Assembly: GCA_020629315.1 (NCBI GenBank)
Contig: JAHDDO010000012.1
Span: 5,952 to 69,951 of the forward strand
DNA: 64,000 bases
Direction: 5' to 3'
From: Saprospiraceae bacterium
GTDB lineage: Bacteria > Bacteroidota > Bacteroidia > Chitinophagales > Saprospiraceae
Of the stretch, positions 19,231 to 28,613 are shown piece after piece (position 1 is the stretch's first letter; each line of letters opens with the position of its first letter). Made by a program: the position numbers and the translations under genes. Below the pieces are notes generated by a model that did no database searches, was not told where the DNA came from, and saw only the letters and a program-made list of their open reading frames with translations.

Positions 19231-21168
19231 ATGATTATGAAGAAAACATTTACACTATTTATTAATGCCCTCGCATTAATCGTCTTTTTTCAGATATCTG
19301 CGACTAGTCAGATAGTTTGGGGCGCTAATGGCGAAGGAGAATTTGATGGTGGCCTTGGTGAGTGGTATACTCAAGCGGCTGATACTTTGGATATATGGGT
19401 ACACGAAGCTGATGCTACAGCAAATTTTAGACAAGTAGCTATCCAATCTGCCTCGGCTGCTAATGGTTGTGCTCACTTAGATTTAGCAACCCTAACCTGT
19501 GCTATTATTGATTGTAACGATGCGGGTCCACCTCCATATCCATGGCATAACACTATTTTGACATCTCCACCAATTGATCTATCGATGGCATCTACACCTG
19601 TGTTAAGGTTTACACAAGTATTAGATGATTTAAATGCCTATGCAAACAATGGTGGATTTTTTGTCTATTTGAGTAACGACGGTGGTGTTTCTTGGGTAGA
19701 TACAATTGCCCTTGAAAAAGTTAATGAAACGAACGGTGATGTGGTTTTAACAGAAGAATTGAGCTTCCCAATCACTTCAATTGCTGGTGAAGCAAATGCA
19801 GCGATTGGTTTCGCTTCTTTAAATGCTGATTTCTATGCATGGATGATTGATGATGTAGTTATTGCAAACGAAGCGATCTCTGATGGTGTAGTACCTGAAG
19901 GATGGTTTGCAACAGCACCCAACTGGAGAACGCCTGCTTCTCAAGTAGATTTGATACCATTCATGGCTGATGTAGAAAGCAGAGGTAATGTCGGCGTAGA
20001 TAATGCAGTACTTACTGCAACCATAGATGGTCCATCCGGAAATGAATTTTCAGGCACTTTGGATTATGGAAACTTAGAACCTACTACAAACTATTGGAAT
20101 GTGGTATGGGATGAGTTTTATGAGATGTCCAATGAAGAAGGAGAATATACCATCACTTATGAGCTAAATTCAGATAGTGAAGATTCAGATCTTTCAAATA
20201 ATACCGTTTCCTCTAACTTTATTGTAGGAGGAGATACGTTTAATAAAGTAATTCCAGAAGCAGAAGCAGGTGCAAACTACTTAGTAGGTTTATCTCCAGG
20301 AGGAGGAAACTTATACAATTCATATGCAAATGCATATTATGTACCCGCAGGTGAAGGATGGCAAGCAAGATCTATTAGTTGTGGACTTGAGTTTGGAAGT
20401 AATGCAACTATTCAACCTGCCACATTAGTAGCAGAACTGTATTTATGGATAGATGATGGAGATGGTATTGCAGCTGCAACAAACGAAAAGTTTAAAGTAG
20501 CTAGTGGTGAATACTTTGTAGATCCTGATAATATCAATTTCTTCGAACTTAGAAATATCGAAATTCCATTAAATCCTGATGGAGCAGAAACATTAGAATT
20601 GACAAATAATGCGCAATACATTGCCGTTGTCCACGTGAATCCACTTACACCAGACGACTTCAACAATGATCCAATTGGGTTCTTAGGGATGTTTGTAGAA
20701 ACGAATAGAAGTTATTCTTATGGTCCAATGCAATTTGCGTTTGAAAACTCAGGTACTCAGGTTAGAAGATATGGTTCTATGTGGGCTCCAGATGGTGTCG
20801 ATGGTACGCCAAGTGATAATGCTAATAGAACACTTACATCTGGAATATCCACACAAGTTACATGGTACATTCCAATGGAAATAGCTGTATTCTCAGATGC
20901 TGAGGATATTAATAACAATCTGAAGGTTAGCGCTTATCCAAACCCTGCAACTGATATGATTAATGTAGATTTAGAATTAGAGAATGTTTCTAGTACTGTT
21001 TCATTAGAGTTAATGAATATTGAAGGTAAAGTTGTAAATAAGCAACTTGAACAAAATGTGAAAAACGGAACATATAGCATGCCATTACATGGTGTTGATG
21101 CAGGTATTTACTTATTAAGAGTAGGTACTGAGGATGGATCTATTACTAAACGTGTAATCGTTCAATAA
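19231..21168 (+). CDS. Secreted protein of unknown function with a T9SS type A C-terminal sorting domain (N-terminal MAM/choice-of-anchor-like region possible)
   Basis: Signal peptide present. The C-terminus VSAYPNPATDMINVDLEL...LMNIEGKVV...AGIYLLRVGTEDGSITKRVIVQ matches the type A CTD. Confidence 0.8.
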   Translation: MIMKKTFTLFINALALIVFFQISATSQIVWGANGEGEFDGGLGEWYTQAADTLDIWVHEADATANFRQVAIQSASAANGCAHLDLATLTCAIIDCNDAGPPPYPWHNTILTSPPIDLSMASTPVLRFTQVLDDLNAYANNGGFFVYLSNDGGVSWVDTIALEKVNETNGDVVLTEELSFPITSIAGEANAAIGFASLNADFYAWMIDDVVIANEAISDGVVPEGWFATAPNWRTPASQVDLIPFMADVESRGNVGVDNAVLTATIDGPSGNEFSGTLDYGNLEPTTNYWNVVWDEFYEMSNEEGEYTITYELNSDSEDSDLSNNTVSSNFIVGGDTFNKVIPEAEAGANYLVGLSPGGGNLYNSYANAYYVPAGEGWQARSISCGLEFGSNATIQPATLVAELYLWIDDGDGIAAATNEKFKVASGEYFVDPDNINFFELRNIEIPLNPDGAETLELTNNAQYIAVVHVNPLTPDDFNNDPIGFLGMFVETNRSYSYGPMQFAFENSGTQVRRYGSMWAPDGVDGTPSDNANRTLTSGISTQVTWYIPMEIAVFSDAEDINNNLKVSAYPNPATDMINVDLELENVSSTVSLELMNIEGKVVNKQLEQNVKNGTYSMPLHGVDAGIYLLRVGTEDGSITKRVIVQ

Positions 21169-21193
21169 TAAGCATCATTGCTACAATAAAAAA

Positions 21194-21223
21194 GGGACCT
21201 TTTAAGCAAGGTCCCTTTTTTTT
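21194..21223. terminator. Bidirectional intrinsic terminator between convergent genes
   Basis: GGGACC (21194-21199) pairs with GGTCCC (21210-21215). It is flanked by an A-run upstream (21188-21193) and an 8-T run downstream (21216-21223). Confidence 0.85.
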
Positions 21224-22175
21224 ATTCCTCAAAAAGTAATTCATCTTTAAAAAGCATCATTTTACTGAACTCGTCCAATATCTTCTCTTTTCGTTCATGT
21301 AATACTCTATTAACCTGTTCAACTTCCTTGATTAAGTTTTGAACTGATTTTAATGAGTTAAGAATTTTTTGTTGAAACAACCAGTCGGAGATTATATTAT
21401 CGAAAAACATATTACTAAACGAACTCATTTGATCCAAATTAATGGTAAATGAATTGCCTCCGTATCCAATATCTCTTAATTCGCGCTTTAGAATATTTAA
21501 TCTATGTTGACAGGCAGGAATGTGGCTCTTGGCTCTGTCAATAGCTTGAAACTTAGCATATTTTAAATTTCTACCTTTTGATTGCATCATATCCCATTGA
21601 CCCCAGTCTTTGGCCTTATTCAAATGATGGTTTATATAGTTCAACTCTTCTAAACTTCTTTTAGTGGCAATTATGGCCTCTTCAAGCTCTTGTTGGAAAA
21701 TGACGTTCTTTTCCAACTCCTCCATTAAGGATTGCATCTTTTTCCTTGTTTCAGGATTTCCTATAGTAAGAATTTCCTTTTCCCTAGCTCGTTTCAGTTC
21801 TTCAAACTCTTTATTTAGTTTAGGCTTGTTCAGAAGCTTCTTTTGTAAAATCTCTTGCTCGAATTCCAGAAGCTCTACTGATTCTTTAGAGTCATTATAT
21901 TTCAAACTGGTTTCTAAATACTCTTGCCTTTGTTTTTCTAATTGTTTCTCTTTATCACCAAGAATGTTTCTAAACATAGAAGTCACAGTTCTACCTTCTA
22001 GTTTATCAAGAGACTTCTCTTCTTTTAATACTTCTTGTTCTAAGATTTCCAAAGAAGAGTAATGGTTTTTCAAGCTTTGTTTAACAACTGTAAGATGTTC
22101 CTCAACATGCTTAAGGTTTTCAATTTCAAGCTTAAGCTCGCGTAACCTTGTTAATATGGGACTTAATTGATCCAT
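21222..22175 (-). CDS. Hypothetical coiled-coil protein
   Basis: 317-aa ORF, E/K/L-rich with heptad-like stretches through about 190 aa, then a non-coiled C-terminal part (WGQWDMMQSKGRN...). Monocistronic, with its own terminator. Confidence 0.6.
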   Translation of the reverse strand: MDQLSPILTRLRELKLEIENLKHVEEHLTVVKQSLKNHYSSLEILEQEVLKEEKSLDKLEGRTVTSMFRNILGDKEKQLEKQRQEYLETSLKYNDSKESVELLEFEQEILQKKLLNKPKLNKEFEELKRAREKEILTIGNPETRKKMQSLMEELEKNVIFQQELEEAIIATKRSLEELNYINHHLNKAKDWGQWDMMQSKGRNLKYAKFQAIDRAKSHIPACQHRLNILKRELRDIGYGGNSFTINLDQMSSFSNMFFDNIISDWLFQQKILNSLKSVQNLIKEVEQVNRVLHERKEKILDEFSKMMLFKDELLFEE

Positions 22176-22241
22176 GTTTATTTCCTTAATGGCAAATGCC
22201 TAAAATTATAGCTATCTTAGGATATAATTTAAAATTACAAA

Positions 22242-23099
22242 ATGGGAATTTTCAGCAGTTTAAAAAAACTTTTTTTTGCCGGCGAATCCGTAGCAAAATC
22301 AGCGTCAGAAAAAGCGGGCGAAACAATCCTTGAAGAAGGAGGTAAACTTATGGAATCTGGCAAAAGTATGGCTACCGACATAGGTAACACTGTAATGGAC
22401 AAAACATCTGGACTCAAAGATGCTATCCTAGATAAATCATCTGATTTAATGGAATCTGGTAAAGGCTTGATGGATAAAGGCATGGAAAGCATAACACAAA
22501 ATGAAACATTGAACTCCGGATTATCAAAAATGGATGAACTGGGTAAATCCGTATTAGAGAAAGGTTCTCAAACCTTAGCTGACTTAGGAGAATCCGCTGA
22601 AAACCTTGGAGAAAAACTGCAAGAATCTGGAAAAGCGGCTATGGATAAGTTTGGCGAAGTTTCGGAAAAGCTTGGGTCTGAAATATTAGATAAAGGTGGG
22701 AAGTTGAGTGAAAATGTAGGGGAAAAAGTACTTCAAGCCAAAGATGCAATGGTTGAAAAGGCCAATGAAATTGGTGGGCAAATGAAAGAGAAGTTTGATG
22801 AGACTATGGAGAAAGCGGAAACATTCGCTGAGGAGCAGAAAAATACTCCTGATAAACCATTTGCTGACGATACTCTAGATGCATCTGGATCATTGTTAGA
22901 AGGTCAAGATGATTTTTTTGCAAAAGCTGATCAATTTGCAAAAGGTAATTATGATGCTGTCAATGAAGGAAAAATTGAAATAAGCTCCGATGAAGGGAAT
23001 CTACCTGAAAACCCAATTTCAAAAGCAGCAGGCTTTACAGATCATGATGGAGATGGTAATGAATTGATTGATGATGCAATTATTTCGGAAGAAGAATAA
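22242..23099 (+). CDS. Hypothetical acidic repeat protein with about 16 consecutive 11-residue amphipathic repeats (LEA/apolipoprotein-like periodicity)
   Basis: Segments such as EEGGKLMESGK / DKSSDLMESGK / MDELGKSVLEK / SEKLGSEILDK / GGKLSENVGEK are in register at 11-aa spacing. The C-terminal tail DHDGDGNELIDDAIISEEE is acidic. No signal peptide. Confidence 0.6.
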   Translation: MGIFSSLKKLFFAGESVAKSASEKAGETILEEGGKLMESGKSMATDIGNTVMDKTSGLKDAILDKSSDLMESGKGLMDKGMESITQNETLNSGLSKMDELGKSVLEKGSQTLADLGESAENLGEKLQESGKAAMDKFGEVSEKLGSEILDKGGKLSENVGEKVLQAKDAMVEKANEIGGQMKEKFDETMEKAETFAEEQKNTPDKPFADDTLDASGSLLEGQDDFFAKADQFAKGNYDAVNEGKIEISSDEGNLPENPISKAAGFTDHDGDGNELIDDAIISEEE

Positions 23100-23156
23100 G
23101 TACGAAGCAGCATTCGTTCGTATTTATGAATCTATAATATTAAATCGTTCAAAGTA

Positions 23157-23717
23157 GTGTCACCTTTGCACATGCACGGTCTTAGCGAAAAAGAGCTAAT
23201 TAAGTTGTGTCTTTCTAATGACAGGAAAGCACAACAACAACTATTTGACAGATTCTCGTCAAAGATGTTGACCGTGTGCCGAAGGTATGCTGGTAAAATG
23301 ATACAAGCAGAGGATTTATTACAAGAGGGTTTCATAAGAGTGTATAAAAATCTACATCAATTCAATTTCCAAGGATCTTTGGAAGGTTGGATTAGAAGGA
23401 TTATGGTTCATTCTTGCATTAAGTATGTAACCAAGAAAATCAATAAAACGGAGTTTGTTGAATTGTCAAATGAGGCTTCTATTTCTGTCAAAGCAGAAGC
23501 ATTTTCGAATTTATCCGCGGAGGATCTAATGCAATTAATCAGTCAACTACCTATAGGGTATAGAACTGTTTTCAATTTATATGCTATTGAAGGCTATAGT
23601 CATGCAGAAATAGCTGATTTGTTAAACATAAAGACCAGTACTTCAAGATCTCAATTAGTAAAAGCAAGAAAAATGCTGCAGGTTAACCTAATCAAGCTTC
23701 AAAAATTAGTAGGATGA
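23157..23717 (+). CDS. RNA polymerase ECF-type sigma-70 factor
   Basis: Region 2: AEDLLQEGFIRVYKNLHQF...WIRRIMVHSCI. Region 4 HTH: YRTVFNLYAIEGYSHAEIADLLNIKTSTSRSQLVKARKML. GTG start at 23157; an alternative ATG lies at 23172. Confidence 0.9.
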   Translation: MSPLHMHGLSEKELIKLCLSNDRKAQQQLFDRFSSKMLTVCRRYAGKMIQAEDLLQEGFIRVYKNLHQFNFQGSLEGWIRRIMVHSCIKYVTKKINKTEFVELSNEASISVKAEAFSNLSAEDLMQLISQLPIGYRTVFNLYAIEGYSHAEIADLLNIKTSTSRSQLVKARKMLQVNLIKLQKLVG

Positions 23718-25174
23718 GTAGAATGGACGAAATATTTAAGAGAGGGTTAAACGACCATGAAAGCTCAGTTCGGGATGATATATGGAATGAAATTTCAGCC
23801 AATATTGAAAACACAGAGAAGCCAGTACCTGTTTCTTTTGGTTGGGTTAAAGTAGTGTCGGTTTTTTCTTTAGTACTTATTGCTAGTGCTGGATACTTTA
23901 TAATACCGAATCTCTCACGATCGAATCTCATTACAGATTCTGAAATGAGTGGGAAGGACTATAAAACAATCAAACAAGACATTGAAAAACCTTTAGCTAT
24001 TGAATCTAGTCCACAAATTTCCACAGAAAGTATAAAACTAGAAAAAAGCGTTACCCAGGCTCAAGCTGCAGTTTCTGCACAAGATTATAATACCAGTTCA
24101 AAAAATACAACACGCAAGACTGACATAAATGATACTAAAAACGCTACTTCACTAACACAGAGTCAATCGACTGTAACTCAGTCTAATCCTTTTAATGATA
24201 ATCAAATATCAGATGTAGAAAGTGGACAAACTTTACTAAATACAGGTCAATTAGACAACAGCAATACAGGTAATTTATTTGGCACCCTACTACTAGATAA
24301 AGAAAGAGATAATGATTACGCACCTATTGATTCCAGGAACTTGAGTGATGAAGAGCTTTTTACTATTAATAACTCAACTGCTTTATTAGATATTCCTGTT
24401 TTTGCTATTAAGAAAAGACCACAAGCATGTCCAAGTTTTTATAAGAACATATGGGTACCCTATATGTGGTTAGAATATGGAAGTATTTTGCCTCAACGAA
24501 ATTTACAATCTGTAAATGGCAATGAAGACTATATCGCTATGCGAGAATCTAGTGAATCCACCCAATATTCATGGGATGTAGGGGCTGGATTTGGAATCAA
24601 ATCTCCATCTGGCGTTTATGGTGAATTAGGTGTACAGTATTCACAAATTCAAGAACAGTTTTCTTTCACAGACCCAGAAACTATAAAAAGATCGCAGGTA
24701 ATAACTTTTGACACATTAATAGTAGATGGTCAAATGATTACAAGCTCAGATACTTCATATGTCGATATCCCTGGAGCCATTACTATTCTTACAAACAATA
24801 GATATAAGTTTTTCAACTTTCCATTTATGTTAGGTTATGAATACAATTTAAGCCAAAATGTGGCCTTGGGTATTAAAGCTGGAGTAATCTTAAATTTTAG
24901 TGCTCGACAAAGAGGCCGTTTTATTAATGAAAATGAAGAACCTGTATGGTTTAGTTCTAACGTGCCTAATAGATATGAAGCGTTCGAACAAAAAATAGGC
25001 GCTTCATATATGGTAGGTGCCACTGCTACCTATCACGTTGGTGATTTGATTAGTCTATATGCCTCACCTCAACTAAAAATGATTCCTAATTCAATTACAC
25101 TAGATTCATATAGTTTACGTCAAACGTACCTTAACCCATCTCTGACACTCGGTTTAAAGTATTCAATATTATAG
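23714..25174 (+). CDS. ECF-sigma-associated membrane protein: short cytoplasmic N-terminus, one TM helix, S/T/N/Q-rich linker, C-terminal outer-membrane beta-barrel-like domain (putative anti-sigma factor)
   Basis: Its start overlaps the sigma gene stop by 4 nt. TM helix VKVVSVFSLVLIASAGYFII. The low-complexity linker spans about aa 90-200. The C-terminal roughly 250 aa have alternating-residue strands (GAGFGIKS..GELGVQYS, ALGIKAGVILNFS, LTLGLKYSIL). Confidence 0.5.
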   Translation: MSRMDEIFKRGLNDHESSVRDDIWNEISANIENTEKPVPVSFGWVKVVSVFSLVLIASAGYFIIPNLSRSNLITDSEMSGKDYKTIKQDIEKPLAIESSPQISTESIKLEKSVTQAQAAVSAQDYNTSSKNTTRKTDINDTKNATSLTQSQSTVTQSNPFNDNQISDVESGQTLLNTGQLDNSNTGNLFGTLLLDKERDNDYAPIDSRNLSDEELFTINNSTALLDIPVFAIKKRPQACPSFYKNIWVPYMWLEYGSILPQRNLQSVNGNEDYIAMRESSESTQYSWDVGAGFGIKSPSGVYGELGVQYSQIQEQFSFTDPETIKRSQVITFDTLIVDGQMITSSDTSYVDIPGAITILTNNRYKFFNFPFMLGYEYNLSQNVALGIKAGVILNFSARQRGRFINENEEPVWFSSNVPNRYEAFEQKIGASYMVGATATYHVGDLISLYASPQLKMIPNSITLDSYSLRQTYLNPSLTLGLKYSIL

Positions 25175-25196
25175 AAAATCCCAATTACAAAATTAG

Positions 25197-26165
25197 ATGA
25201 GAAAAATTACTTTATATATATCCTTATTTGTCCTCATTGTGGCTTGTACTCCTGATAAGGAGGAGTTTATTCCTTCTATTAATGATAGTTCATTAGAGTC
25301 ATTATTAGAGGAGTTAAAGGGTTTTAGTGATGTTGTGACAGTTGATCCATTAAAAGGAACTGATGTTATTACAGCCAATGAATCCATTATTTCGATTCCT
25401 AGTGGAGGTATAGTTGACGCTTCAGGCAGTGTTATCTTAGAAGAAGTTACATTGGAATACATCGAGATATTGGATCAATCATTAATGACGATTTATGGCT
25501 TCAATACAGTATCCAACCAAAAGATGCTTGAAACAGCATTTGCATACTATTTGCGATTTACATACAATGGAGATGAGGTCTTTATAGATCCAGAAAAATC
25601 GGTTACCATTAGAGTACCTAGCCAAGAGTATGGAGGCATAATGTATACTTTTTCTGGTATTGAAAATGTTAATTGCATTGATTGGGCTTTAAATGGAGAT
25701 TATAACAACGGGAACATTATGGCCGAATCTATTGAGCATGGGGAATATGATTTTGAAGATTTGAATGGTGAAAATTGGAGTGATTTTGGCTATATAATTA
25801 ATACATCAATGGATGGATGGATTTCATTATCCCGTTATTTCAGTAGTGATGCAGTAGAAAATGCTGATTTATGTGCTACGGTACCGGAGGAAATCGGTGA
25901 AAATACAAGTTCTGTCTTTTTAGTATTTAAAGACATTTCCAGTGTGCTTAAACTTGATAATGGAACAAACTCACTTTCATATTGTGATATCATGGGTATT
26001 ATACCCAAAGATCAAGACGCATTTTTAGTGAGCCTAACGGGCTTGTCGGATGATAATTATTATTTAGGTTTGGAAGAAATAATTACGGGCGAAAGAAATA
26101 CGTTTACTATATTGCCGGTCCGAAAAAACAAAGAAGAAATCCTAGATATTCTAGGCATGTTATAA
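25197..26165 (+). CDS. Hypothetical lipoprotein
   Basis: Lipobox-like LFVLIVAC followed by TPDKEE. 322-aa ORF downstream of the ECF pair, followed by a strong terminator. Confidence 0.55.
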   Translation: MRKITLYISLFVLIVACTPDKEEFIPSINDSSLESLLEELKGFSDVVTVDPLKGTDVITANESIISIPSGGIVDASGSVILEEVTLEYIEILDQSLMTIYGFNTVSNQKMLETAFAYYLRFTYNGDEVFIDPEKSVTIRVPSQEYGGIMYTFSGIENVNCIDWALNGDYNNGNIMAESIEHGEYDFEDLNGENWSDFGYIINTSMDGWISLSRYFSSDAVENADLCATVPEEIGENTSSVFLVFKDISSVLKLDNGTNSLSYCDIMGIIPKDQDAFLVSLTGLSDDNYYLGLEEIITGERNTFTILPVRKNKEEILDILGML

Positions 26166-26194
26166 AGAAGTATTTTTATTCGTAAACGGGAGTC

Positions 26195-26226
26195 GCCTGT
26201 CTAGAGTTTTCTAGGCAGGCTTTTTT
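26195..26226 (+). terminator. Intrinsic terminator
   Basis: 11-bp stem GCCTGTCTAGA/TCTAGGCAGGC (one G-U pair), 4-nt loop, then TTTTTT (26221-26226). Confidence 0.85.
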
Positions 26227-26242
26227 AATGCTAGTTATTAAG

Positions 26243-26773
26243 TTATAGATTACCAAAATATTCTTTAACGAGTACGGCGTCCTTAGCTTCTATCCTACCG
26301 GCTAATATAAGTCTGATTTCTCTCCGCCTAGGGGCAGATTCGTATCGTAATTTTTCTTCTTTTGTTTCAGGTTTAACTTTAGGAATCAGTTTAGGTCTCA
26401 TTGTATTTTTATCAATAGCGACAAAGGTTAAATACGCATGATTCGTTTTTTTAGGCTCTTGACTACCCATTTTGGAAGCAGTAACCTCTACATAGACTTC
26501 TACTGAAGTATTAAATGCATGAGTCACACATGCTTTCAATGTAATTACATCACCCAAATGAATAGGAGCACCAAAAGTAACATGATCAACACTAGCTGTA
26601 ACAACATGACTTTCACAATGACGTGCAGCACAAATCCCACCAATTACATCCATGAATCGCATCAAGTTACCACCCATCAAATTACCTAAGGGATTAGTAT
26701 CATTAGGCATAATTAATTCAGAGCTTTCTGCCTTAGATTCATGCACTGCTTTTACTCTATTATTCATTGTCAT
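26243..26773 (-). CDS. Acyl-CoA thioesterase (hotdog fold, YciA/Acot-like)
   Basis: MPNDTNPLGNLMGGNLMRFMDVIGGICAARH...VVTASVDHVTFGAPIHLGD is typical of this family. Confidence 0.85.
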   Translation of the reverse strand: MTMNNRVKAVHESKAESSELIMPNDTNPLGNLMGGNLMRFMDVIGGICAARHCESHVVTASVDHVTFGAPIHLGDVITLKACVTHAFNTSVEVYVEVTASKMGSQEPKKTNHAYLTFVAIDKNTMRPKLIPKVKPETKEEKLRYESAPRRREIRLILAGRIEAKDAVLVKEYFGNL

Positions 26774-27459
26774 ATTATTGTTAGCTTAAACACCTCGCAA
26801 AAAGCATCTACTAATAGCTTTTTAACAAATTCCATTTCCAGAGGCGTATTTGCAAGCTTACTTAATGATATAACCCCTTTATCATCAATGCCACAGGGAA
26901 TAATGTTATCAAACCAAGCTAAATCGGTATTTACATTAAATCCTAGTCCATGCATACTTACCCATCGAGACATATGGACTCCCACTGCACATACTTTTTT
27001 TTGTGCCTTATCCTCACCATGCCATACGCCCGAAAGACCCTTTATCCTATATGTTTCAACACCCACATGTCTTGTTACTAATCTGATGCACTCTTCAAGC
27101 TCTCTGATATATCTATGTAAATCACGATAAAAAAATTCTAAATCAAAAATGGGGTAAATTGTCCACTGTCCTGGTCCGTGAAATGTAATATCTCCTCCTC
27201 TATTTATTTTGTAAAAGGAAGCGGCTTTCTTTTCTAAGCCTTCCGTATCCAAGAGCAGATTATCCATACTTCCACTCTTTCCTAATGTATAAACAGGAAA
27301 ATGTTCACAAAAAATTAAATGGTGAACAGGTTTCAAACTACTGTTCGAACGCTTGGCTTGGATTAGTTTTTGCAATAATTGTCCTTGGAACTCCCAAACA
27401 CTTTTGTATTCCCCCTTGTATATAGTATGTATTTGAACGAAATTAGTAGCGCTTTGCAT
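26770..27459 (-). CDS. lipB: Lipoyl(octanoyl) transferase
   Basis: NRGGDITFHGPGQWTIYPI and KVCAVGVHMSRWVSMHGLGFNVNTDL motifs. 4-nt overlap with the downstream thioesterase gene. Confidence 0.9.
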   Translation of the reverse strand: MQSATNFVQIHTIYKGEYKSVWEFQGQLLQKLIQAKRSNSSLKPVHHLIFCEHFPVYTLGKSGSMDNLLLDTEGLEKKAASFYKINRGGDITFHGPGQWTIYPIFDLEFFYRDLHRYIRELEECIRLVTRHVGVETYRIKGLSGVWHGEDKAQKKVCAVGVHMSRWVSMHGLGFNVNTDLAWFDNIIPCGIDDKGVISLSKLANTPLEMEFVKKLLVDAFCEVFKLTII

Positions 27460-27530
27460 CGATTATATACGTGAAATCGTTTATGTAATACAAGTAAAGT
27501 TCAGAATTTATAAAATAACCAACCTACAGA

Positions 27531-28553
27531 ATGAAAAGTTTTACGATAATTATCATTATCTCTTGTCTTTCCTTTAGCTATCCCCTATTTACCCAAGACG
27601 CTCCTGATTTTACGATTACAGACACTCATGGTGTTGAACACAATTTATACGAAGATTATTTAGATCAGGGTAAAACAGTTCTTATTGATTTCTTTTTTGT
27701 TAATTGCCCACCGTGTCAATCATTTGCACCCACCTTACAAGGTTTATATGAGCATTGGGGAGCTGGCCAAGAGGATGTTCAGTTTTTTAGTTTTAGTACT
27801 AAATCAGGGGATACAAATTTTCACGTACTTGGTTTTGAAAACAATTATGGATTAACCTTTCCTGCAGCAGGTAGTGATGGAGGTGGTTTAGATGCAGCAT
27901 CTCCATATATTAATGGAATGTTTGGCACCTTTTGGGGTACCCCATCGATTGCGGTTATATCTCCAGATGGATCGGTCAATTATAATGTAGGAACAAATCC
28001 TGATAATATTAACAGTGCTATAGCAGCGACAGGAGCAACAGGAGGCATGGAGGTGAGTCCTGAACCGATAACCATACAAATATCAATTAAAGATCAATAT
28101 GGCCAAACTATTCCAGGCGTATCGCTTGCGCTAGCATCTAGCGCTTTTGGATCCAATAGTTTTGATATATCCACTGATGATCAAGGTCAAATCATTATTG
28201 AAGATTTCGAAAATACCTTTGGCTTATCAGATCCGGTGATTAAACCTTCGAAAAACGATAATCATAAAGCGGGTATTACAACCTTAGATATTACCCTATC
28301 CTTACGACATATTCTTGGTATTGATGAATTTGATACTGAATATCCATTATTTGCTGCAGATGTTAGTGGCGATGGAAAGTTAAGTGCTTTTGACCTAGTG
28401 CTTACGCGTCAAATTATTCTTGGAATTATTGATGAATTTCCTAATGTTGAAGCTTGGAAATTTATACCAGAATCTCTTCCGATAGAAATAGAGCCAGGAA
28501 GTGTGAATCAATTGGAGTTTATAGGTGTGAAAATGGGAGACACTAGTTTCTAA
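27531..28553 (+). CDS. Secreted TlpA/AhpC-like thiol-disulfide oxidoreductase fused to a beta-sandwich region and a dockerin-like C-terminal module
   Basis: Signal peptide present. Redox motif FFFVNCPPCQSFAP in a thioredoxin-fold context. C-terminal paired EF-hand-like segments GITTLDITLSLRHILG and DVSGDGKLSAFDLVLTRQIILG. Confidence 0.7.
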   Translation: MKSFTIIIIISCLSFSYPLFTQDAPDFTITDTHGVEHNLYEDYLDQGKTVLIDFFFVNCPPCQSFAPTLQGLYEHWGAGQEDVQFFSFSTKSGDTNFHVLGFENNYGLTFPAAGSDGGGLDAASPYINGMFGTFWGTPSIAVISPDGSVNYNVGTNPDNINSAIAATGATGGMEVSPEPITIQISIKDQYGQTIPGVSLALASSAFGSNSFDISTDDQGQIIIEDFENTFGLSDPVIKPSKNDNHKAGITTLDITLSLRHILGIDEFDTEYPLFAADVSGDGKLSAFDLVLTRQIILGIIDEFPNVEAWKFIPESLPIEIEPGSVNQLEFIGVKMGDTSF

Positions 28554-28554
28554 C

Positions 28555-28587
28555 AAAAAAAAAGGGGGCCCTCTCCAAGGCACCCCT
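28555..28587 (-). terminator. Intrinsic terminator oriented for the minus-strand gene 28614..30866
   Basis: On the minus strand, a GC-rich stem (AGGGGTGCC / GGCCCCCT, one bulged base) is followed by a 9-T run, seen as the plus-strand A-run at 28555-28563. Confidence 0.75.
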
Positions 28588-28613
28588 ACTAAACCAATCT
28601 CATGATTCTTTGA

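Noticed and set aside
21664-22062. 132-aa plus-strand ORF inside the coiled-coil gene. Similar Ser-rich ORFs occur at 47173..47577, 44638..44994, 45892..46176, 12252..12515 and 14487..14723.
   Set aside because: These are antisense shadows of E/K/D-rich genes, because reverse-complemented GAA/AAA/GAT codons read as S/F/L-rich frames. They have low-complexity composition and no independent signals, and they lie wholly within well-supported genes.
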